Part shown: piece by piece, positions 55,041 to 64,000 of the stretch
Layout of the letters: every line of letters starts with the position of its first letter
How positions within the stretch are numbered: the stretch's first letter is position 1
DNA from: the human T2T-CHM13v2.0 reference genome, Homo sapiens
NCBI RefSeq assembly: GCF_009914755.1
Contig: NC_060932.1
Reading direction: 5' to 3' (one strand)
DNA: 64,000 nt
The notes under the pieces: generated by a model
Seen by the model: only the letters and a program-made list of their open reading frames with translations
What the model was told of the DNA's origin: nothing
Database searches by the model: none
Made by a program: the position numbers and the translations under genes

Positions 55041-56753
55041 GATTGGCTTCCCCGCCGCTTCTCCCTGGAGACCCTAGTTCTGCTCTTTGAAGCCAAGCAA
55101 GATTACTCTTTATAGGGCAGCTTTGCCTTTATTTGTAGATAGCTTTTACACATATTTGCTCCCAAATCAACAAGGTTTTCCCCAGGTACCACCTGGACTA
55201 TTCTTCTGTCAGCATTTCTCACGTGATACTGAGTCAGGAGCCTTTACTGTCCTCACCCTCGTGTGGGTGGGAGCCTGGTTTCTCATCACTCTGGTTAGAC
55301 TGTGCCTAATGTGGGGTGCTGCTTTTTAAGGACAATCAGCTCTAAGTTGAGGCTCTGATTCTTGCACGTGCTTCCAAGCACGTCTCTTCTTGCCATCTCC
55401 ATTGCCACCCCAAAGTCACTCCCCTCGGACAGGGACGGCAGCATCTCAGTCATCACTCTGTACCCCATTTGACCAGCTGGAGAGTCCTGTGTCTTCACAC
55501 AACTGTGAGAATGATCATTGGAAGCTATGCATTCCATAATAGCTTTATGTTAAATTCATTTCTCATCTTTCATTGGCCCTTGGGAAGACGTCCAGATCCC
55601 TTAACATAGCTTACGAAACCCTCTCAAACTCAGGGCCCACCTTTCTCTCCAACTTCATTCCCCCAGCCCCGACGTCATCTGAGGTTCAAGTTCAGTAGCC
55701 CCTCTTGATAGCTGAGCACAGGAAGCTCAGGGCCCTGCGTTTTGGGCATTTGAAGGGTTCCGCTGGTCGTGGCTTTCCCCACCATCTCCTCCGTTTCCAC
55801 ACGACTTGCTCCTGCATACCTCAGCTTCAGTGCCGCTCCGAGAGGCCTTTCCTAATGTCTGAACCAGGAGAGGCTTCCCACCACAAGCTCCTCTATGGGA
55901 TTCTGGTTAATTACCAGTGAAACGTCCACCTTTCCAGCCCGCCTGTAAGCTAGGCCATAATAGGGGCCGTAGCCCTCCTTACAGCCGCGTTCTTGTCACC
56001 TGCGCGGTGTCCAGCGCACACTCGCCTCCTACGTATTTGCCTTGTGAGGGATCAATCGGTGTCGTAGAGCCGTTCAGAGCTATTCCTCTATTAAGTGATT
56101 TGGATACCATGGTGACTAAGAAGCATGCTGTGATCGCTGGGGTTTATGGAAATATTGTGTGCTCCTGAGCGTTCAAACAGGTGGAATATCAACTTTATTA
56201 AGCCCAGGTGGTGGTGCAGTTTAAATGCGATTTCATCTTTTCTTATTTTAATTTACGAATTGCTCAGTTGATCATATTAGAAAAGAGTACCCACATTGTG
56301 CCTGCTGGAGCCATATCTTTGTAAAAATTCTGAAAGCAAGGGGAAATGTTGGAGTAAAATTATCACATTTCCTAACAATGTCTGTTTTGACTGGAAGCTC
56401 TAATGCATAATTTTGTGTCAACCAGAATAAAAGTAATCTTTTTTTTTCCTGGTGGTGCTTTATAGTTAGATTGTAGGGAATCTTCATAAAATATGCCAGC
56501 CATGCACCTTTGATTCAATATTCATGTATTCTCCCACATACGGAATTTCAAGGCCATGTTTAAGGGGAATGAAACGAGGCCTCATAAAGAATGGCAGCTT
56601 ATGCAGCTTACTTTTAAAAAGAGGCTCTGAGAAACCTTTAGCTTTTTCAAACTTCCAAATTTTAACCCCAAATCCACTAGAGCCCAAATACCCACATTTG
56701 TCTCTGAATAATCGTTTGCTTTTGGTTAAGGATGGTTACACTAGCACAATTTG

Positions 56754-57000
56754 TTTTTTTTTTTGAGATGAAGTCTTGCTCTGTTGCCCAGGGTGGAGTG
56801 CGGTGGCATGATCTCGGCTCACCACAACCTCCACCTCCTGGGTTCAACAATTCTTGTGCCTCAGCCTCCTGAGTAGCTGGGACTACAGGCGAGCACCATC
56901 ACGCCCAGCTAATTTTTGTATTTTTGTTACAGATGAGGTTTCACCATATTGGCCAGGATGGTCTTGATCTCTTGACCTCATGATCTGCCCGCCTCGGCCC
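56754..57000 (-). mobile_element. 5'-truncated AluS SINE
   Basis: Poly-T plus reverse Alu ending at gcctcggccc. Confidence 0.92.
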
Positions 57001-58863
57001 AGTCACACATGTTTCCCTACGCAAGCTCCCTATTGATTGGAATGATGAATATTTCCAATGGATCGATTTTCAATGGTGGAAGAAATTTGTCACTTGCATA
57101 GGTTTGTCATTTGCCTAGGCGAAAGGTTGCTTGATCTTAGAAGCGTCATTGCCTCTTTTTGAGAGGAAATTGAATTGCAGAAAAGGCTGTTACTAGATGA
57201 AGTGAGAACTGATTGAAATTATCAGTCACTCCTAATACATTTTGGGTGGACAGAGCCATGTGGAGGAGCTTCTAGGCTGCACATGAGATGGACATATTCC
57301 AAAGGCCCATGTGAATATACACATCTGTATTATGGGAGGAGAAACATATGCATGCCTTAGTAAAAACCAGCCAGTAGCATAGAAGAGCCAGCTTTCAATG
57401 AGCAGAGAGCAGGGTGGGAAGCAGGAGACAGGCCCACTCTGGTTGGGTGGTTAGGAGTTGGTAAGTCCATAGGGAGGATACATGCGGAACACCATTGAGT
57501 GCTATTAGCTTGGTGGCCTTGGGCGGCCAGAGTTGGCGTGGATGGGTAGATGACGTCAACAGAAGGAATGAATAATCGTGCTGGGAGATACTTTCTCCTC
57601 TCACGACTTTGCTCAGAGCTTGACACGAGGATTCATGTTTGATATGAAACACCATTCAAGAGTTTTACTCACAATTTATGCCACATATGCAAAAACAAGC
57701 AGAAGAAGAAATGAAAATATGTAACATACAATCTTCAAGAATAATTCAGATATTTAAATAAATGGGAGAGAGAATTTTGCAAGCTTCTTAATTACAAATA
57801 ATAAAACCGTTTTAAGAGAAGTTTGTTTCCTGTTTTCCCTAAGCATAGTGTATGCAAGCATAAAAATTCCATGTGCCTGTCTTGCTATCTGTCGGTGAGA
57901 AAGATATCAAGTTCCTCTCCTTTAACAGGTGGATATCAATATGTTTTTATTTATGAGTGGATTCATTTAATTCCTGGATATGATAGTTCTCATATATTTC
58001 TATAAGCTGATTTCTGTGTTATCATAAATTCTAAGTCAGCATTTCTATACCCAAAAGAGCATTTAAAAGGTATCACAACTAATCATTCAGCTAAAACCAG
58101 GGCTTTATCTGAGCTCCTGCAGACACAAACACATTGATCCTACAGAGATGCTGATTTCTCTGGTGCTGTAGGAAGCACCAATGGGAAAAAACTGACTTTA
58201 AAAGTCAGTTAAGGAAGTTTAAGAGTATTATCTGGTGTGTCTGAAGTTGGAGTTATTTAGGTTTTATTTTTTCAGACACCAAATGACTCACCTACTTAGT
58301 GTAAATTTATGTTTAAAAAAATAACAATTTTCATCTCTAATTAATGCTTCACTTAACCCAAGCTGGACATAAAGGAAGATCATCAAATAATATGTGATTT
58401 AGCTCTTGTGATACAAACCTGTGAAGGTCTGGGTCATTTTGATTCTGTTAAAATGAGCTAAGCTTTTCATTTCTTTTTCCTATCAAGAAAGGCTCTCGAG
58501 CGACTGTGTGGTCAGGGTAGGAGAGGCTGAGGAAGGTTGGGGGCCATAACCTCGGGTTCGGTGTGAGGTCCGGGATGGCCCGGGCCTCAGGGACAGCTGC
58601 AGCCAGGTCAGGAACACGTGCGGCTCTCCTGCTTGGCCATTTTGTCATTGTCGTTCTGTGTTTTTTGTTGTCTGTGTGTTTTCTTGTTTGCATTGGGCTC
58701 TATGAATATTTTTATTTTGACTTGAGTGAAACTTTGGATTCACCAAAATGTCTGACAAATCGTTCCCCATCCTCCACCCCCCACCCCCCACCATCCCACC
58801 TGATTTGGTCAATCATCAAACATTAATTGAACATTTACTGTCTTCCTCGCCTGCTAGTACGTG

Positions 58864-59156
58864 CAGTCATGCCTCACTTAATGACAGAGCAATGTGTTGT
58901 TAGGCATCTTAGAATCTGTGAAATTTCTTAAGTAAAATTGGAATATTGTTATGTTTGGATTAAGTATGACTCTGCTCAAGACAAACTCATCTGCTTTTCT
59001 GTCTCCATGTAGATTTTAATCTACATCCTTTGGCATGCATCGGCAGATATGTACCATGCGTGAGTTTGTGTGTGTATGGGTCACCGTAGTATATGGGGCT
59101 ACTGTAGAATATGTGGTTTGTTGTTGACTCAAGCATTGTTATGGGGTGCATGACTG
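58864..59156 (+). mobile_element. Tigger3/MER7-type TcMar MITE with non-transposon interior
   Basis: TIRs cagtcatgc...gcatgactg followed by TA; Tigger3-like subterminal sequence at both ends; interior matches 60477-60582 and 59934-60006. Confidence 0.75.
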
Positions 59157-59420
59157 TATTTGTGGGATGTATGGTAAAGGTAGATCAAAAAAATCTACTT
59201 TGACTTTAAGACATTTAAAATATGCCTTTCTTGAATTTGTCCACAATGCAAATTTAATTTCTGAAACCTGAAGATAGATAAAACTCATTTTAATTGAAAT
59301 GAAAACATAATCTGAAACCTCCCTAAATTTCTTCAGGGGTAATTTAGGCTATGATTGATGAAGATTGTCATAACTGTACCACTTTCTTGATGTGAGAATG
59401 AGTTAACCCTGAAGCCATAA

Positions 59421-59780
59421 GTCTTAGTCCATCCAGAATTTTGTAACAAAAATTCCACCACTGGGGCCTGTGAAACAGTAGACGCGCCTTTCCCACAGTT
59501 CTGAGGCTGGAAGCTGGAGATCCGGGTGCTGTAGGCTCTGTGTCTGCTGAGGGTTTCCTGACTCAGATGGAGCCTGTTTGCTGCATCCTCCCATGGCGGA
59601 AGGGGTGAATGAGCCCCCTTAGGCCTCATTTACGGGGGTACTAAACCCATCTGAGAGGGCTCCACCCCCGTGGCCTAATCACTTCCCAAAGGCCCCACCC
59701 CTTAACACCCCCTCATACCATCCCTTTTCAGGTAGGAATTTCTACATAGGAATTTTAGAAGGACACAGACATCAGACTTC
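59421..59780 (-). mobile_element. MLT1A-like MaLR LTR
   Basis: gtcttagtccat start, cacagttctgaggctggaag, ctaatcacttcccaaaggccccacc, gaattttagaaggacacagacat. Confidence 0.75.
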
Positions 59781-61762
59781 ACTCTATTAAATCCAGTATT
59801 TTATTCCATTAAATCTAAAAGCCGTTGATGGGGAGATACACCACAGCTGTACGCACGACTGAAAAATGCTGCTGAAACAGTTATGACCATGCTTGATTTG
59901 TACATTTTAAAAAACTCTTTAAGACATACACAAATGTAGATTCTAATGTAACTCTGTTGGCATGTATCTGCATACATATGTTCCATATGAGTGTATGTGT
60001 GTGTATATATATATATATCTTATAATACATTGATAAAGGAATTCCTAAAACTTCACAGAATCTGCCTTTTCTTACACATTTTTAAATCTCGGACTCACGA
60101 ATATCCATAATTTTCCACCTGTCATTATTTCCTGCCATCAAGAGTATTGAAAATGCAGCGTTTGTACAAGCCTGCACGCCGGTAGTCAGTTCCAACCCCG
60201 ACACTGGCTCTGCACGCTTAGTGCTGATGTTCTCTGGAATTCTTGATTTTACCAGAAGGTGTCAAGAAAACATCCTCAGACAGCATTCCTTCTTTCTCCC
60301 AGGGCCCTTGCATGTTGTGGGGCCAGAAGCGTCCGGGCTGTACAAATAGTACCACCATCTTCCTGGAGTGACTGGGAGAGACACCTGGGGTCTTGCTGGG
60401 TCAATAGTGACTGTGCAAGGCCATCCATGATAAAATGCGTTCCAACCTCAGACACATGAAAAGTGAAAAAAAGAAAAGGCATCTTAGAATCTGTGAAATG
60501 TTGTAAGTAAAATTCGAACACGGTGGTTATGTTTGGATTAAGTACGGCTGTGCTCAAGACAAGCTCACCTGCCTTCTGCCTCACGCTTCTGCCTCCTTCG
60601 TGTGGTCTCCAGCCTGGAGCTGGACGTTGGAGTGAACATGAGTGTAAATACAGAAAGCGTCGGCATGTTTTCAACAAGCAAATTCGTTTCTTTGCTCTGT
60701 GTGTTTGTGTGCCTGTCTAGGACAGTGTTGTAACTTCAGGAAAGATTAGAATCAGTGAACTCCTTCAGGGCTAGGACCGGGAATTCTATCTGTACTCTTT
60801 TTACCTTCTTGCCATCTTTCCTCAATTATTAATACATTACTCTCGCACAAGGAGGCAAAGCTCAGAGGTGTTAGTGCTCTTTTTTTTAAAAAAAGCAACA
60901 AGTATTATAGATCTTTATTTTAGTAAAAGAAAATTGAATCTTCTGACAAGAGTTCCTACAGATTCTCATTTAGTCCAAATTGTTAGCCCAGAAGCCCCAG
61001 TGAACACAACCTGAATTTCGGGCTTTATACCACACGATACAAGAACCTGCAAATAAAAGAAAAATTCAAGGACTTTAGGATTCTTCTTGCTTCTCTTTTG
61101 CATCTGAGACTTCAAGAATACAATTCAAAAATTTCTCAGCTTAAACATTACATTGATTTAAAGTTTCGGATATTTCAAAGCCCTTTCTCTGGAATTGCCT
61201 TATTTGGTCTAAACCCAAGTCAAAACACCCTACAAGGGAAGAGCAGAGAGGGCTTGTTACACCCATTTCTCAGACGAGAAGACTGAGGAACAGAAGAGCC
61301 GAGAAGGCACTACTGGTGCTCTGTCCTGAGTCCTGGAACTGTCCCAAGAATACCCGCCTGATGTTAGCAAGCACCTTTCCCACGACCTGGCACTACCTAC
61401 CTTTCATTGCGGTGTGGACCAGAGTCCGAGGAAGTGTGAGGCCCAGAGAGCGTGCGGGTGAGTGCGCCTGGACCCTCTGTCAGTCAAGATGTCCTTGGGT
61501 TTTCTCCTTGCTGCCCTGTTCCTTGTACAGCCACACCTATCTCCAAACCAGCTGCATCGACACCTTTGTTATTATGAGGATTTGATTGTAAGTTTTCTAT
61601 CAGGCTATAGAGAGCTTAATTTAATGCAATGGAGAAATCTCCAAAAATAAAGCCCTTAAGTTTTTTTTTTTTCTTTGGCTTTGGACTTACAAAACCTCTC
61701 TCATCTTGATTGCCCTTTCTTGGCATAATAAATCAGATGTCCTCTTGTCCAAAAGGTGCAGT

Positions 61763-61863
61763 CATGGAATTGGCTACCCTAGATCTTAGCATGCTCTCAT
61801 GGAATCAGCTGCCATAGATCTTAGCATTCTCTCCTGAAATTGGCTACGCTAGATCTTAGCATC
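61763..61863. repeat. 35-bp unit x 3
   Basis: catggaattggctaccctagatcttagcatgctct variants at 61763, 61798 and 61833. Confidence 0.85.
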
Positions 61864-62150
61864 CTTTAAGTCTCAATTTGATTTTCTTCCTCAGCTCCTC
61901 CAGGCAGTTGTGCGGGCTCAGCCACTGCACTTTCAGTCCCCTGCATGCATTTTCAAGGTGAAGTATTTGGTGGGGTTTTAGAATTCTACTCTGACTGCAG
62001 AGAGAAGTGTGGCCCATTTTGCTACAGGGCGCTAATAGACCTTTGTGATCTTTCCATGGTTTAGCCACCTAGGATGTGCAGCTTTTACTGTGATCAATGG
62101 CCTCTGAGAGTATGGAGTGGAGGTCAGAAGAAAATGCAAAGCAACTGGAC

Positions 62151-62619
62151 GTTCCAGATGAGGAGCTGTTCCAAAATGAGGAGCCATTTCAGACAGAATG
62201 AGCTGTTCCAGAATGGGGAGCCATTCCAGAATGAGGAGATGTTCCAGAGTGTGTAGCCATTTCAGAATGAAGAGCTGTTCCAGGATGAGGAGCTGTTTCA
62301 GAATGAGGAACCATTCCAGAACGGGGAGCTATTCCAGAATGGGGAGCCCTTCCAGAATGGGGAGCCATTCCAGAATGAGAAGCTGTTACAGAATGAGGAG
62401 CTGTTCCAGAATGAGAAGCCGTTCAAGCATGGGGAACTTTTCCAGAATGAGAAGCTGTTCCAGAATGAGGAGCTGTTCCAGAGTGGGAAGCTGTTCCAGA
62501 ATGGGGAGCTGTTCCAGAGTGGGAAGCCATTCCAGAATGGGGAATCGTTTCAGAATGAGAAGCCATTCCAGGATGAGGAGCTGTTCCAGAATGGGGAGCT
62601 GTTCCAGACTGATGAGCTG
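62151..62619. repeat. Minisatellite, 18-bp unit x ~26 (gaatgaggagctgttcca / gaatggggagccattcca)
   Basis: 18-bp period; source of the MRSCSR-repeat ORF. Confidence 0.95.
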
Positions 62620-63270
62620 CACCTTGTACCTGCCTCACACCTGATCACATAGCCTTGATGCCAGAAACCTAGAGTGCTCTATTTAGGAACGTTAGGCTGG
62701 CAGCAGGAACCCCTGAAGAAACTCAGGACACTAGGTGCTTGAGCGCGCAGCTAACCCGCAGGAGAAACATCTCCCTTCTGCTGACCTGAGGCTTGACTCC
62801 TCTCCCACAGGAGGGGAAAAGAGGCCTCCACCCACAGTCCACTGTTATCCTAGGAGAAATCCTCTGGCCTCCTGCCCAGGAAGTGACAGAGAGAGAGAGA
62901 AGCTGAAGCTGCTTTAACCTTCAAGATGAACCTATTTCTTCCATGAGGTTTTCTCTTGCCTGTACACGTATCTTTATGTCCACGAGACACATCCACACTC
63001 TGCTCGCACAGCGTTGCCAGGGCCAGTGCCTTCTCTCCCATCCTGTGTTTGCATTTGCCATTTGGTGGGCCTGTCCTGCTGACCAGCAAGTCTCTGTACT
63101 GAATTTGGTGACTTTGATCTTATGATTCATGTTTCCCAGCGAGGTACTCTGTGTCTTTGCTATTAATAATGTGTTATTCAAGGGCTAGTTGGAAGATTGC
63201 ATATTTAAATTGAAAACATTTTGTCTAAAAAGGGGTGTACAGAGAGAAAGAAAATTTCAGCCAGAGAGAA

Positions 63271-63546
63271 TTCTTTTTTCTTCTTGAGACAGGGTCTTGC
63301 TCTGGAGTGCAGCGGTGCTATCATAGCTAACTGCAACCTTGACCTCTCAGGCTCAAGCAATCCTCCCGCCTCAGCCTCCCGAGTAACTGAGACTACAGGT
63401 GTGCACCACCATGCCCATAAATTTTTTGTAAGGAGAGGGTCTTGCTTAGTTGCCCAGGCTGATCTCAAACTCCTGGGCTCAAGCAGTCCTCCCTCCTCAG
63501 CCTCCCAAAGTACTGGAATTACAGGCCAGAGCCACCGTACCTGGCC
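63271..63546 (-). mobile_element. AluJ-like SINE
   Basis: gagacagggtcttgctct, ggctcaagcaatcctccc and aactcctgggctcaagcagtcctcc are AluJ-type diagnostics. Confidence 0.88.
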
Positions 63547-64000
63547 TTCAGAAAGAAATTGTTTAAAAACCTCCTTAGGGCAAGTGCACAACACAAAGGA
63601 ATTCAAAGAGCACCAACATGGGATTAGTGAGGGCCGGGAGCTAGGCCTGTGCCATGTATCACTGCATGTTGTGCTGTGTGAGATGACAAATCTGTCTTCC
63701 ATTACTTTGTTGAGCAGTTACCCCTGAGAAGAATTATTTCCTTTAAAATAAAAAACATACTCTGTACTGGCTGCTGCATTATAGGGCATATCTTGCCTGG
63801 AAAATGGAAGTCAGGCAACATGGCTATTCTATGGAAATGTCTGAGCACAAAGAAGAGGCAAAAGGGAATGTGGAGGCCTGCGATGTCTTGGAAATGAGCA
63901 GGAGGATGACTGCAATGGCCCTTCAGTTAGGTTCAGGCTTCTGTGGGAAGGCGGCACCCAGGAGCCCAGAGCAGGGAGACAAACCTGCGTGGAAGTCCAG

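Overview
Human non-coding genomic DNA. The species call rests on a copy of the human-specific AluYb8 at 30722-31035 that matches the subfamily consensus as I recall it. I cannot support any protein-coding gene, tRNA, rRNA or CRISPR feature. Every long ORF in the track lies in a microsatellite, minisatellite, Alu or L1 remnant. The window contains about 12 Alus, three L1PA 3' fragments (one with a twin-priming inversion), many solo LTRs (MLT2, THE1, MST, MLT1 and an ERV1/LTR10C-like LTR) and several DNA-transposon remnants. It also has an unusually dense set of minisatellites (18-95 bp units), which suggests, but does not prove, a distal or subtelomeric band. I found no convincing new multi-gene system. 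The most unusual structures are: (1) a Tigger3-type element whose interior has been replaced by two pieces copied from nearby host DNA; (2) an ERV LTR whose CCAAT/GC-box promoter cassette is amplified six-fold; (3) a 2.5-kb G-rich minisatellite with higher-order structure, rich in G4 tracts and PRDM9 13-mers; (4) a ~42-copy VNTR born inside an MLT2 LTR; and (5) a three-arm Alu bounded by one target-site duplication (TSD). Repeat subfamily names come from recalled consensus sequences, not from a database search.
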